Shown one piece after another: positions 10,266 through 20,256 of a stretch of DNA of 64,000 nt (position 1 is the first letter of the stretch; every line of letters starts with the position of its first letter). The notes under the pieces were generated by a model. The model ran no database searches. It saw only the letters and a list, made by a program, of their open reading frames with translations, and was not told where the DNA came from. The translations under genes were made by a program, and so were the position numbers. Source of the stretch: Rickettsiales bacterium (GTDB lineage Bacteria > Pseudomonadota > Alphaproteobacteria > Rs-D84); the NCBI GenBank assembly GCA_031260805.1, contig JAISKV010000001.1:20978-84977 (forward strand), read 5' to 3'.

Positions 10266-11087
10266 GTGAAAGGTAATAACATGGAAAAAATTATGAATAT
10301 GGTTTCTCATCCTGGATTTTATGTCGCAGTTGCAGAATTTGCAATTATCGGGATTTGCTTGTGGCTGTTTTACAAGCGCTTTATTCGGCACACCGCTTCG
10401 GAAAAACTGGTGCGGGGATTGCTGGGGCTGGCGGTATTGTGGGTGGCTAGTTTCGCACTCATGTATGTGGGTCTGGGGATATTGGGGGTATTTGCCCAGT
10501 ATGTCGCGATATTCTTGTCGGTCGGACTGGTGGTTATATTCCAGCCTGAATTGCGCAAATTTTTGGGCATGATGGGCCAGGTGAAGTTCTTGGCCGGCTT
10601 GTTTTCCAAAAAAGTGCTGGACAGCGCGGATAAAAAATCAAAACTGGAATCGGCCGCCGCCGAGATAATCAAGGCCGCGGAATACATGTCGGCCAAGCAT
10701 ATTGGCGCGCTGATTGTGTTCCAAGACGGCATGGACGGCGGCGTTAAGAACTATGGCACGATTGTGAACGCGGATATAACCAGCGAATTGCTGCTGACTA
10801 TATTTTTTCCAAAAACATCGTTGCATGACGGTGCGGTCGTTATCAGCAATATGCGGATTTATTCGGCTGGCGCGATATTGCCGCTGACAGAAAACCGGGA
10901 TCTGCACTGGCAATACGGCACGCGGCACCGGGCGGCGATCGGGCTGAGCGAAGTGTCCGACGCGACGGTCCTGGCGGTGAGTGAAGAAACCGGAAATATC
11001 AGCATCTCGCGCGGGGGGAAAATTTCCCATATTGAATCGGCCGCCAAATTAAAATCCAAAATAATCGCGGCCATGTCTAAGGTTTAA
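10266..11087 (+). CDS. cdaA: diadenylate cyclase (c-di-AMP synthase), CdaA/DacA type
   Basis: Three N-terminal TM helices. DAC domain motifs HDGAVVI (DGA) and GTRHRAAIGLSE (RHR). Confidence 0.8.
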   Translation: MKGNNMEKIMNMVSHPGFYVAVAEFAIIGICLWLFYKRFIRHTASEKLVRGLLGLAVLWVASFALMYVGLGILGVFAQYVAIFLSVGLVVIFQPELRKFLGMMGQVKFLAGLFSKKVLDSADKKSKLESAAAEIIKAAEYMSAKHIGALIVFQDGMDGGVKNYGTIVNADITSELLLTIFFPKTSLHDGAVVISNMRIYSAGAILPLTENRDLHWQYGTRHRAAIGLSEVSDATVLAVSEETGNISISRGGKISHIESAAKLKSKIIAAMSKV

Positions 11088-11285
11088 GGTTTGAGGTTTA
11101 AGGTTTAAGGTTTAAGGTTTGAGATTAGATGTTAATGATACCAAATATGATGTTTTGCCCATAGTTCTGCATATTTTAATGTATAGCATACTAGTATGCT
11201 ATACATTAATTTGACAATAAATTACATTAGCCACATAGACCTCAAACCTCAAACCTCAAACCTTAAACCTTAAACCTTAAACCTT
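11088..11285. repeat. long imperfect palindrome built from tandem GGTTTAAGG/GGTTTGAGG words
   Basis: 5' arm (GGTTTAAGG)n and 3' arm (CCTTAAACC/CCTCAAACC)n flank an AT-rich loop of about 110 nt. The first word overlaps the last codons and stop of cdaA. Confidence 0.85.
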
Positions 11286-11312
11286 GGATTGATGGCCCTG
11301 CCCATAAAGCCC

Positions 11313-11341
11313 TTGCACCGAATCGGCGATTTAGATAAAAT
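11313..11341 (+). promoter_or_regulatory. sigma70-like promoter upstream of dnaN
   Basis: TTGCAC -35, 17-nt spacer, TAAAAT -10. Confidence 0.45.
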
Positions 11342-11409
11342 CCAGATGATCAGAGAGAGTGTAGGCACAAACTTAAACACACCTAAAAAACAAGCAAGGG
11401 GTTTTCATT

Positions 11410-12531
11410 ATGGAATTTTCGGTATTTCGTCAGGTATTGATTCGCACATTGTCGCACATGCAGTCTATTGTAGAAAAGCGGGCAACCCTGCCGATTCTCA
11501 GCAATGTAAAGTTAGAGGTCAAGGATGATCTGGTTCTGTCCGCGACAAATGTGGATTTGGAACTGGTTGAGCGGGTCAAGGCCGATATCACGCTGGGCGG
11601 GAAAATCACGGTCCCGGTTCAGAACTTGTTTGACATCGTCCGCAAACTGCCGGATGACGCCGAAATTCGGTTCAAGCAGGTTGACGCCGGCCAGGTGGAA
11701 GTGCGCAGCGGCCGCAGCGTTTTCAAGTTGCCCGCACTGCCGGCGGAAAACTTTCCGATGATGGCGGCGACCAATCTGACGACCAAGTTCAAGATGACGA
11801 CCGACGATCTGGCGCATCTGCTGAATCAAACAAAATTTGCAATCCCCAGCGACGATGTCCGGTACAACCTGGGCGGAATTTACTTTCATCTGACCGAAGA
11901 AGGCAGCAAGAGCATGCTGACCGCGGTCGCCACGGACGGCCAGCGGATGGCGCTGTGCGCGATGCCGAATCCCGATGGCAGCACGGGCATGCCCGCCGTA
12001 ATTCTGCCGCGGCGCGTGATTGGCGAATTGTCAAAGTTGCTAGAAGACGCGACTGTGGACGATGTGCAGCTGGAACTGTCCGATTCCAAGGCGAAATTTA
12101 CGCTGGGCGGCGCGGTCTTGACATCAAAACTGGTTGACGCGCAGTATCCGAACTATCGCATAGTCATCCCGAAATCAAACGAGCGCATCGCCGAAATGGA
12201 TCGCAAATTCTTGTCCGGCGCGGTGGATCTGGTGTCTGTGGTCTGCACGGATAAAACCAAATCGGTAAACCTGCAATTCTCGCTGAACAAACTGGTTATC
12301 AGCGCCAGCAGCACCGAAGGCGGCAGCGCGGTCCAGGAAATGGATATTGAATATAACAGCGATGAAACATTCAATATCATATTCAATGTGAAATATCTGC
12401 TGGATATTGTCGGACAGACCCAAGGCGACAAAATCCGCTTTGCGATGCAGGATCCGTTGAGCCCGGTTTTAATAAAATCCACGGATAAGAAAACGGATAC
12501 AATGTTTATCCTTATCCCGATGCGCGGGTAA
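11410..12531 (+). CDS. dnaN: DNA polymerase III beta sliding clamp
   Basis: 373 aa, three-domain beta-clamp pattern, typical N-terminal region MEFSVFRQVLIRTLSHMQSIVEKRATLPILSNVKLE. Confidence 0.9.
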   Translation: MEFSVFRQVLIRTLSHMQSIVEKRATLPILSNVKLEVKDDLVLSATNVDLELVERVKADITLGGKITVPVQNLFDIVRKLPDDAEIRFKQVDAGQVEVRSGRSVFKLPALPAENFPMMAATNLTTKFKMTTDDLAHLLNQTKFAIPSDDVRYNLGGIYFHLTEEGSKSMLTAVATDGQRMALCAMPNPDGSTGMPAVILPRRVIGELSKLLEDATVDDVQLELSDSKAKFTLGGAVLTSKLVDAQYPNYRIVIPKSNERIAEMDRKFLSGAVDLVSVVCTDKTKSVNLQFSLNKLVISASSTEGGSAVQEMDIEYNSDETFNIIFNVKYLLDIVGQTQGDKIRFAMQDPLSPVLIKSTDKKTDTMFILIPMRG

Positions 12532-12558
12532 AAATCGGGCCCCGCCCGATTTTTTATT
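12531..12558 (+). terminator. rho-independent terminator after dnaN
   Basis: AAAAATCGGGCCCCGCCCGATTTTTTATT. Confidence 0.7.
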
Positions 12559-12606
12559 CCAGCATCTTTGGTATTGTTTCTCCCAAAAATTCGCAGGGCG
12601 TGATAA

Positions 12607-13263
12607 ATGAAAATAATATTTAACTTTATTCTTTTTACTTGGTTTATTTTATGGATGCCGCTGCTGGCGGTCGGGCTGGTCAGCCGCCGCTGGACGCGCG
12701 TTTTTATTATTGCCGATGCGCATGGCGTTCTGGCGATTTGCCGCATTGTTGCGGGCATCAGATATAAAATTCATGGACGCGCCATGGACAAGTGCATCAT
12801 CGCCGCCAAGCACATGAGCATTCTGGAAGTCGCCATGCTGGTCACCAGCGTTCCTGATAATTTCTTTATAATCAAAAGAGAATTGCTGTGGCTGCCGGTT
12901 TACGGCTGGTGCTTTGCGCGAATTGGCTTTGTCGGAATCAACCGCGTGTCCGGCGCGACGAATATGAACAAGTTGGCGGCGGCGGTCGCGTCGCGCATAG
13001 CGTCGGGGCGTCGGCTGGTTATTTTTCCCGAAGGCACGCGCAAGTTGCCCGGGGCAGGGGTTTCGTTAAAGCGCGGCCTGTTGTTCTTGGCGGACAAGTT
13101 GAATCTGCCAATACAAACGGTCGGCACTGACAGCGGCGTGTATTGGCCGCGCCAGGGCAAAATGCGCAGCGGGACTGCGAATTTGTATTATTCTGACAAG
13201 ACTCTGCCTGCTAATTCCGAGTTGTCTGCAATCGCATCTGCGATTGCCGCGCAAAGCGCATGA
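12607..13263 (+). CDS. plsC: 1-acyl-sn-glycerol-3-phosphate acyltransferase
   Basis: FPEGTR motif and upstream HxxxxE/D acyltransferase motif; N-terminal TM. Confidence 0.65.
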   Translation: MKIIFNFILFTWFILWMPLLAVGLVSRRWTRVFIIADAHGVLAICRIVAGIRYKIHGRAMDKCIIAAKHMSILEVAMLVTSVPDNFFIIKRELLWLPVYGWCFARIGFVGINRVSGATNMNKLAAAVASRIASGRRLVIFPEGTRKLPGAGVSLKRGLLFLADKLNLPIQTVGTDSGVYWPRQGKMRSGTANLYYSDKTLPANSELSAIASAIAAQSA

Positions 13264-13366
13264 AAAAGTGAAAAGTGGAAAGTGAAAAGTGGAAATGTGG
13301 CTAGTAGCGCGAAGCGCAACTGCAAAATTAAACTTTTTTCATTTTATTATCCCCCGTACCGAACTG

Positions 13367-13527
13367 CCGTCCATCGTCATCCCGCGCCCGGGCCCCGGAA
13401 AAATCGTAGATTTTTCCGGGTGGATATTGACGCAGGATCCAAGTAAAATAAAGCCCAATTTTGCCGTAGGCAAAATTGACAGCAATTACCTGGATTGCGG
13501 GTCGTAGCCCGCAATGACGATGGGAGG
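13367..13527. repeat. MITE-like element with CATCGTCAT(C/T)CCGCG ... CGCAATGACGATGG inverted-repeat termini
   Basis: Arms CCATCGTCATCCCGCGCCCGGGCCC and GGGTCGTAGCCCGCAATGACGATGGGAGG. Internal hairpins. Flanked by GTGAAAAGTG tandem words. Confidence 0.6.
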
Positions 13528-13592
13528 ATAGTTCGGTTAGAGGATGACGACTGTCAGAAAAGTGAAAAAAATATAACAGAGCGTTTTATTAT

Positions 13593-14015
13593 TTAATTGC
13601 ACCAGCCGGCGCGACGGCCGCCGCTGTATTTCCGGGCCAGTTTTCTATCTATCATCACTTGTCCGACATCGGTGTTGTCCGCGGTTCTGACGCGCGCGTC
13701 GATGCGGCCCAGGTATTTGTCGTCCTTGATTTCGGACAGCATCACGGCGCCGCCCACTGGAATTAATTTTTCCAATTCATATTTTGCTTTCTGCGCCATT
13801 TTTATTTCCGCGTCGCACATTCCGTGAATTTCCGGCGCGTCAATATTTATAATCCGCACTCGCACTGAAATTTCCGCGCCGTTTTCCAATTTCACCCCGG
13901 CCGAGAAAGTATCCCCGTCAATGATATAGCCGACGGTTGCCTGCAATGGCGGCATGGCCGCCATTGCAGGCGCAATGAACAATGAACAGCAAATAATGAA
14001 TAATAATTTCTTCAT
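13593..14015 (-). CDS. thermonuclease (staphylococcal-nuclease-like) family protein, secreted
   Basis: Signal peptide MKKLLFIICCSLFIAPAMA. SNase fold motifs DGDTF and the catalytic region. Start trimmed to the ATG overlapping the tolB stop. Confidence 0.7.
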   Translation of the reverse strand: MKKLLFIICCSLFIAPAMAAMPPLQATVGYIIDGDTFSAGVKLENGAEISVRVRIINIDAPEIHGMCDAEIKMAQKAKYELEKLIPVGGAVMLSEIKDDKYLGRIDARVRTADNTDVGQVMIDRKLARKYSGGRRAGWCN

Positions 14016-15337
14016 GGCAGTCTGGGGGACCAAGTGGGCAGCGTGCCGCTGACCCCGTTCGGCAGTTTGATTTCGTAATCGTTCATGCCGTTGATATCCA
14101 CGCTGCGGATATGACTGGACCAATCTTTGGCCGTATCCTTTTCAGTTTCGTAATAAACGACGCGGCGCGATCCGGGCGCCCAACTGGGATTTTCCATAAA
14201 CCAGCCGGATGCCAATATTTTCTCGTTCTTGCCGCGCGGATTCATGATTCCAATATAAAAGGTATCGCTGCTGATTTTCGTGAACGCGATAAAGTTCCCA
14301 TCGGGCGACCAGGCCGGCGTCGCGTATCTGCCGTTTCCAAAAGACAATCTTTTTATTTCGCCGGTCGCTATGTTCAGGGTATGGATTTGCTGGCTGCCGG
14401 ACCGGTTGGAATTAAACGCTATGGTTTTGCCATCCGGCGAGTACGAAGGGCTGGTGTCAATAACATCGCCGCTGGTCAATTGCGTCAAATTCTTGGTTTC
14501 CGTATTGAATTCGTACAGGTTGGTCGCGCCGTTTTGCGACAAAGACAGCGCGATTTTCACGCCGTCCGGCGAATAAGCCGGCGCAAATGTCATGCCGTTG
14601 AATTTGCCGAGTTTATGCTGGGTCCCGCTGTCCAGATCTAATGCCCACACCATCGGGTCGTCGTCGCGGTAAGACAGGAACACCACCGTCTGCATGTTTG
14701 GCGAGAATTTTGGCGACATGACCATGTCCGCGCCGTTTGATATGTATTTCAGATTGAATCCGTCGCTGTCCATGATGGCCAGTTTTTTTGTGCGGTTCGT
14801 CATCTCGCCCGTTTCGGTTATGAATATTATCTGGGTGTCAAAGTATCCGATTTCCCCGGTCAGCCGCTCGTACACGGCATCCGCCAGAATATGGGCTAAG
14901 CGTCGTGCGGACTTTTTTGATGAAACCAGATTCTGCGCTTCTATCTGTTCTTTGCCCGGAATGTCCCAGACAAAGAATTCCAGTTTGTATTTGCCATCCG
15001 CAACGGCGGTCATCTTGGTCTGGACCAAGACCTGGGCTTTGATTGCCGTCCAATCGGCAAATGACGGCAGTTTGTCCATTTTTACTTTTTCCGGAAACGC
15101 GTCCTTGTTTATCATCCGGAACAATCCTGTTGATTGCAGATCGTTCACGATGACTTCGCGCAGGGCGGTCGCTTCTTTGCGCAGGCTGGACTGGTCCAAC
15201 TCAAATTCCTGGACCGCGACAGGTATCGGTTCGGTGTTTCCGGCGATGATATCCAGTTTCAATTCCGCGGATGCGGGATTGAAAAGCAAGAATTGAAAAG
15301 CGAAAAGCGAAAACAGGGTTAGTAATATTTTTTTCAT
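14012..15337 (-). CDS. tolB: Tol-Pal system periplasmic protein TolB
   Basis: Signal peptide, TolB N-terminal domain and C-terminal beta-propeller repeats. Start trimmed to MKKILLTLF. Confidence 0.85.
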   Translation of the reverse strand: MKKILLTLFSLFAFQFLLFNPASAELKLDIIAGNTEPIPVAVQEFELDQSSLRKEATALREVIVNDLQSTGLFRMINKDAFPEKVKMDKLPSFADWTAIKAQVLVQTKMTAVADGKYKLEFFVWDIPGKEQIEAQNLVSSKKSARRLAHILADAVYERLTGEIGYFDTQIIFITETGEMTNRTKKLAIMDSDGFNLKYISNGADMVMSPKFSPNMQTVVFLSYRDDDPMVWALDLDSGTQHKLGKFNGMTFAPAYSPDGVKIALSLSQNGATNLYEFNTETKNLTQLTSGDVIDTSPSYSPDGKTIAFNSNRSGSQQIHTLNIATGEIKRLSFGNGRYATPAWSPDGNFIAFTKISSDTFYIGIMNPRGKNEKILASGWFMENPSWAPGSRRVVYYETEKDTAKDWSSHIRSVDINGMNDYEIKLPNGVSGTLPTWSPRLP

Positions 15338-15447
15338 AAAAGTTCCTTCCGTTTGTGATTTTATACTCACAAGTTGTATTTTGCAATAAAAAACACTTTT
15401 ATTAAATATGCGATTTTGCTATAATGTGGGAAAGGTAAGGAAATAAT

Positions 15448-16173
15448 ATGAAAAAATACTTGTTTTTCGCTGTCTTGGCGTCTTTTATTGGATTGGAATC
15501 TTCCATGGCGGCAACGCCCGGAATGAATGTGCGGCCCGTGCAGCGGCAAAGCGCGGTCCAGTCAAATCGCCCGATGTATGTCGGCGCGCGCGTGGTTCAG
15601 AATTTTACAAATACGACGAATACTTATGAATTGAACGGAAATTCCAGTTATGATTTTGCGACGGATGAATTGTCGTTCAAGCCTATGACCGGCGGAAACA
15701 TGTTTCTGGGTGGCTGGATTGACGAAGACTGGCGGCTGGAAGGCGAACTGGGATACGCGGGCAAGTTGACGGACAAGGATGATTTTGCCGAATTTTCAGT
15801 ATCTGCGACATATTTGCAGGCGAACATAATTTACGATTTGACAACCGGCCAGTATGATGGATTTTACATCGGCGCGGGCGTGGGCCTGGCCCAGGTCCGG
15901 ACGGAAATGGACAGCGATTATTTTTTCAGCGCGGGCAAGACGAATGACAGATACTCGTTTGCCGGCGGAATTATGCTGGGATATACTCTGCCGTTATCGG
16001 AATTGTTCACATTGGATATCGGGTATAAGTTTCAGACATTTTCAGGCGGCGAAATCAATCGCACATTCAGCCATGCGGTTCCGGGGATGGCGGCGGTGAA
16101 CGACAAATTCACCAGCAAGACTGGATGGATGTTCAATCATGGACTGGGATTGGGGTTGCGGTATAATTTCTAG
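15448..16173 (+). CDS. outer-membrane beta-barrel protein (OmpA-like/opacity-family porin fold)
   Basis: Signal peptide. Alternating amphipathic beta-strands. C-terminal aromatic residue (…GLGLRYNF). Confidence 0.55.
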   Translation: MKKYLFFAVLASFIGLESSMAATPGMNVRPVQRQSAVQSNRPMYVGARVVQNFTNTTNTYELNGNSSYDFATDELSFKPMTGGNMFLGGWIDEDWRLEGELGYAGKLTDKDDFAEFSVSATYLQANIIYDLTTGQYDGFYIGAGVGLAQVRTEMDSDYFFSAGKTNDRYSFAGGIMLGYTLPLSELFTLDIGYKFQTFSGGEINRTFSHAVPGMAAVNDKFTSKTGWMFNHGLGLGLRYNF

Positions 16174-16223
16174 GTAATAATTTGGGGCGGTAAGAATAAA
16201 CTTGCGAGCGGAGAGAGATTGTA

Positions 16224-19200
16224 ATGACAAAATCAAAAGCATTGTTTTCAATAATTGGAATGTTGTTGGCGCTGCCCGCATTCGCGGCCCCGTCGGTGCG
16301 CATGCTGCCGCGGACTGGAACTCCGCTGCCTGACGCGGTCAAAGATTCCGGCGACAGCAGCGATGCAACCGTGCAGATTCAAGACGAAACGGATTCGGCA
16401 TCGCGCCCCAGCGGCGGCTATGTTCTGGGCGGCGGCAGTTCTGTGGCCGCGGGCCGGGCATCTTCAACGCGCGCATCATCGTCGCGTGCCGCAACTTCGG
16501 GCCAGGCGCGTTTGTCCGTGGGCAAGTTCTTGAACAACGCCGTGGCGAAAAAGACGCCTGGCGCGGTTATAACAACACCGGGCGCCAGCACTGAAAATAT
16601 GCGCGATTACGCGACGAATGAAGACTTGGCGGATGTCGGCCAGTTGATCCAGGATGTTGATGATGATCTGCATGACAATTATTATGACAAGTCAAATGTT
16701 GACTCGCAAATGGATGGCAAGGCGGACAAGTTGTTAAGCGGCGCGGCCGGAAACTTGCTGGAACTTTCCGCGGATGGAAATTACCGCGATTCCGGCCAGA
16801 CGATATCCAGCATTGCAGCGAATACGGCGACCAAGGCGAATTTGCTGGTGTCCGGATTTACGGCGGGCAATATCGCGACGATTGCGGCGGATGGAAATTA
16901 TCAGGACAGCGGGATTGATCCGGCGACACTGGCAACCAAGACCTATGTTGATTCTGCAATTGGCGACGCGGGCAGCAATTTGTCAGACGCGGTTTCCAAT
17001 ATTACGACCAGCATCGCGACCAAGGCCGATTTGGTTATTGGCGCGGCCGAAGATAATTTTGCATCATTGACGGCGACCGGGAATTTGGCTGACAGCGGAT
17101 TTTCTGCGGACAGTTTTGCGGGCCGCACTGCGACAATTGACGCGTTGGCAGTCAAGGCCGACAAGGTTGCGGGCGCCACCGGTGGAAATTTTGCCGGTCT
17201 GGATGCAAACGGAAATCTGACTGATTCAGGTAAAAAAGCGGCTGATTTTGTCGCCAAGAACAAAACTGTTACGACTGGTAATTTCGCGGCGGTGAACGCG
17301 GCCAGCGGGGAATTTACAGACAGTGGGTTCAAGGCTGGCGATTTCGCGACAGCGGCGCAAGGGTTGCTGGCGGTCAATGCGATTCCGCGCGTTACAAATC
17401 CGACAGCCGGGCATATTGTGAAATTGGATGCCAGCGGCAATCTGGTTGACGGCGGTACTTTGGGTTCAATGGCCGGCAAGAGCGGTGTTACTTCCGAAGA
17501 CATCAATGACGGCACGATCATGAATGTGGACATTTCGCCGATTGCGCAGATTGCGCGCGAAAAATTGTCCGACGGGGTCCAGGATTCATTGGCTTTGGCG
17601 GATAATTCGGTCCAGAAATCCACAAACGGCGTTGTGCCTGTGGAAAACAATCTGGCAATGTACGATGCCAGCGGCAATTTGACCGATTCCGGTGAAAGCG
17701 TTGCGACGCTGAAAGATTACACGGATGTTGCGGTTTATAACGAAGAACAGGCGCGGATTGCGGATGTTGATGCCGAAGAAGCGGCGCGGATTCTGGCAAT
17801 ATCAAATGAAGCGGCGGCACGGACCGCGGCGGATACGGCGCTATCAAATGCATTGGCCCAGGAAATTTCAGACAGAATCGCGGATGTGAATGCCGAAGAA
17901 GCGGCGCGGATTCTGGCCGTGTCAAATGAAGCGGCAACGCGAAGCGCGGCGGATACGGCCCTATCAAATGCATTGACCCAAGAAATTTCAGACAGAACGG
18001 CGGCGATTGCGGCCGAAGCGGCGGCGCGTACCGCTGCGGACACAACACTGTCAAACGCGCTGGCCCAGGAAATTTCCGACAGAACGCTTGCGATTTCTAA
18101 TGAAGTATCGGCGCGAAGTGCGGCGGATACCGCGCTCTCGAACGCGCTGACCGCGGCGATTGCCCAGGAAGTGGTTGACAGAAACACTGCAATTCTGAAC
18201 GATGCAGTTCAGACGGTGGTGCTGGCATCTGGCACGGCCGAAGGCACATTGAAAATAACAGTTGATGGCGCGACCACGGATAATGTCTCGGTCAAGGATT
18301 GGGCGAAAGTCGCGCATAAAATGGAAACTTATCCGGCCGGCCATGCGGATGCGATCGTTATCCGCGACACAAACGGGGATGTTATTGCATCCGGCACCAA
18401 TCTGGCGGATATCGCGGACGCCATTGCAAATGCTGTCCAGAATGTCGCTTTTGCAACCGGGTCAACCGGCGGTTCGTTGAAAATCACAGTGAACGGCGTT
18501 GACAAGGAAGCGACTGTCAAGGATTGGGATACCAAGGCTGATAAAGTTATTTCGGCGACAAATAATAACTTTGCAGGATTGAATGCGGCCGGAAATCTGA
18601 CAGATTCTGGCAAGAATGCGACCAGTTTTATTGCGAATGCGGCCAGCGCGGTCTTGAACAGCCATATTGCGGACGATGCGGTCCAGACCGGCAAGATAAA
18701 AGACTTGAATATAACAACGAACAAATTGGCCGACAGCGCGGTTACCAGCATAAAAATCGCCGATGGAACAATTGCGACGGTTGATATTTCCGATGGCGCT
18801 ATTACATTACCGAAGATAAACGCGACCGCGTACGATACTGCGGTTACATCCGCGTCTGCAAAACTGATTACCAGTGGCGGCGTGTACACTGCAATTCAGG
18901 ACAGCGCGGTTCAGACGGCGGTTTTGGCATCCGGAACAAATTCCGGCACGATGAAACTAACCGTGGATGGCGTCGCGACGGACAATGTCGCTGTTACCGG
19001 ATGGGGGACCAAGGCGGACAAGGCCGTGCCGACAACCGCGAACAATATCGCGATATTGGATTCAATCGGGAATTACAAGGACAGCGGGACTTCGCTGGCG
19101 GATATCGCTGCGTCTATCGCGACTGCGATTAACAGCACGCTGGACAGCGGAAATGTTTCAATAACAACAGGAACCAGCAACGGATATGTCAAACTGACAG

Positions 19201-20195
19201 TCAACGGAACTCCGCAAGAGGCCGAGGTCAAGGGGATAAACACAGCGGCATACCAGCCGTCCAGCGCGTTTATCGCGAATGCAGCGAATGCGGTCTTGAA
19301 CAGCCATATCAATGCAGCCGCGGTTGATTCTGCCAAGTTGGCGACCGATTCGGTTATAACGGCCAAGATTATGAACGCAGCGGTGACGGTGGATAAAATG
19401 GCGGCCAGTTCCGTCGGATCCGCGCAGATTATTGACGGTTCAATTGCTACTGCGGATCTGGGCGCGGGCGTTGTTACTAATGCGAAACTGGCGGCGAATT
19501 CGGTTGCTTCGTCCAATATCATTGATGGATCGGTTGACGAAGTTGACTTGGCTGCGAACAGCGTGACCAGCGCGAAGATAGCGAACGGCAACATAACATT
19601 TGCAAAAATGGCGACCGGCGCGGTTGATGCGACGCTGACCGCGGCATCTGACAAGTTGCCGACATCAGCGGCGGTTTCCAATGCATTGACTGCGGCGGTT
19701 TCCGCGGCGGTCAGCTCGACGACATACTCTGCCGGAAATGGAATTGACATAACATCCAATGTTATCAAGGCGATTGCGGACGCGACGGGCGGACTGTCTG
19801 TGGCGGCTGCCGGGATGAAAATCGCGGACAGCGGCGTTACGACGGCGCGGATAAATAATGCTGCGGTGACGGCTGACAAACTGGCGGCGGATTCAGTCAT
19901 AACGAACAAATTGGCCGACAGCGCGGTTACCAGCATAAAAATCGCCGATGGAACAATTGCGACGGTTGATATTTCCGATGGCGCTATTACCAGTGCAAAA
20001 ATACTGGATGGAACGATTGCGGCGGCTGATTTGGGTCCGAACAGCGTTATAACCGCAAAAATCGCCGACAGCAATGTTACCAAGGTTAAATTGGAAACTT
20101 CGGTCCAAACGACATTGGATTGGGTTGGAACAATACCTGTGGGCGCGCCGGGCGGAACCCCGTCGGCGGGACGCGCATTCATCTGGATAGAATAA
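16224..20195 (+). CDS. giant secreted fibre/adhesin-like protein with phage-tail-fibre-like repeats
   Basis: 1323 aa with a signal peptide. Ala/Ser-rich region. About 35-aa repeats ending in (D/T)DSG. Four coiled-coil units AAARTAADTALSNALAQEISDR. Many 11-residue xxAVTxxKIADG repeats. Confidence 0.6.
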   Translation: MTKSKALFSIIGMLLALPAFAAPSVRMLPRTGTPLPDAVKDSGDSSDATVQIQDETDSASRPSGGYVLGGGSSVAAGRASSTRASSSRAATSGQARLSVGKFLNNAVAKKTPGAVITTPGASTENMRDYATNEDLADVGQLIQDVDDDLHDNYYDKSNVDSQMDGKADKLLSGAAGNLLELSADGNYRDSGQTISSIAANTATKANLLVSGFTAGNIATIAADGNYQDSGIDPATLATKTYVDSAIGDAGSNLSDAVSNITTSIATKADLVIGAAEDNFASLTATGNLADSGFSADSFAGRTATIDALAVKADKVAGATGGNFAGLDANGNLTDSGKKAADFVAKNKTVTTGNFAAVNAASGEFTDSGFKAGDFATAAQGLLAVNAIPRVTNPTAGHIVKLDASGNLVDGGTLGSMAGKSGVTSEDINDGTIMNVDISPIAQIAREKLSDGVQDSLALADNSVQKSTNGVVPVENNLAMYDASGNLTDSGESVATLKDYTDVAVYNEEQARIADVDAEEAARILAISNEAAARTAADTALSNALAQEISDRIADVNAEEAARILAVSNEAATRSAADTALSNALTQEISDRTAAIAAEAAARTAADTTLSNALAQEISDRTLAISNEVSARSAADTALSNALTAAIAQEVVDRNTAILNDAVQTVVLASGTAEGTLKITVDGATTDNVSVKDWAKVAHKMETYPAGHADAIVIRDTNGDVIASGTNLADIADAIANAVQNVAFATGSTGGSLKITVNGVDKEATVKDWDTKADKVISATNNNFAGLNAAGNLTDSGKNATSFIANAASAVLNSHIADDAVQTGKIKDLNITTNKLADSAVTSIKIADGTIATVDISDGAITLPKINATAYDTAVTSASAKLITSGGVYTAIQDSAVQTAVLASGTNSGTMKLTVDGVATDNVAVTGWGTKADKAVPTTANNIAILDSIGNYKDSGTSLADIAASIATAINSTLDSGNVSITTGTSNGYVKLTVNGTPQEAEVKGINTAAYQPSSAFIANAANAVLNSHINAAAVDSAKLATDSVITAKIMNAAVTVDKMAASSVGSAQIIDGSIATADLGAGVVTNAKLAANSVASSNIIDGSVDEVDLAANSVTSAKIANGNITFAKMATGAVDATLTAASDKLPTSAAVSNALTAAVSAAVSSTTYSAGNGIDITSNVIKAIADATGGLSVAAAGMKIADSGVTTARINNAAVTADKLAADSVITNKLADSAVTSIKIADGTIATVDISDGAITSAKILDGTIAAADLGPNSVITAKIADSNVTKVKLETSVQTTLDWVGTIPVGAPGGTPSAGRAFIWIE

Positions 20196-20220
20196 AAAAT
20201 GCGCCGCAGGCGCATTTTTT
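20196..20220 (+). terminator. rho-independent terminator after giant fibre gene
   Basis: AAAAAATGCGCCGCAGGCGCATTTTTT. Confidence 0.75.
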
Positions 20221-20256
20221 AGTTTTCAGAGTTCAGAGTGCAGAGTTCAGTTTTTG

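Noticed and set aside
11088-11285. CRISPR array
   Set aside because: The tandem words are 7-9 nt, far shorter than CRISPR repeats. They are contiguous rather than separated by 30-40-nt unique spacers. They form palindromic arms. No cas genes are present.
13289-13507. 72-aa ORF inside the CATCGTCATCC...GCAATGACGATGG element, and similar ORFs at 20120-20326 and 52656-52856
   Set aside because: They lie entirely within palindromic repeat DNA, have no ribosome-binding site, and their peptides are translations of repeat words (e.g. RGNDDGDG from CGCGGGAATGACGACGGGG).
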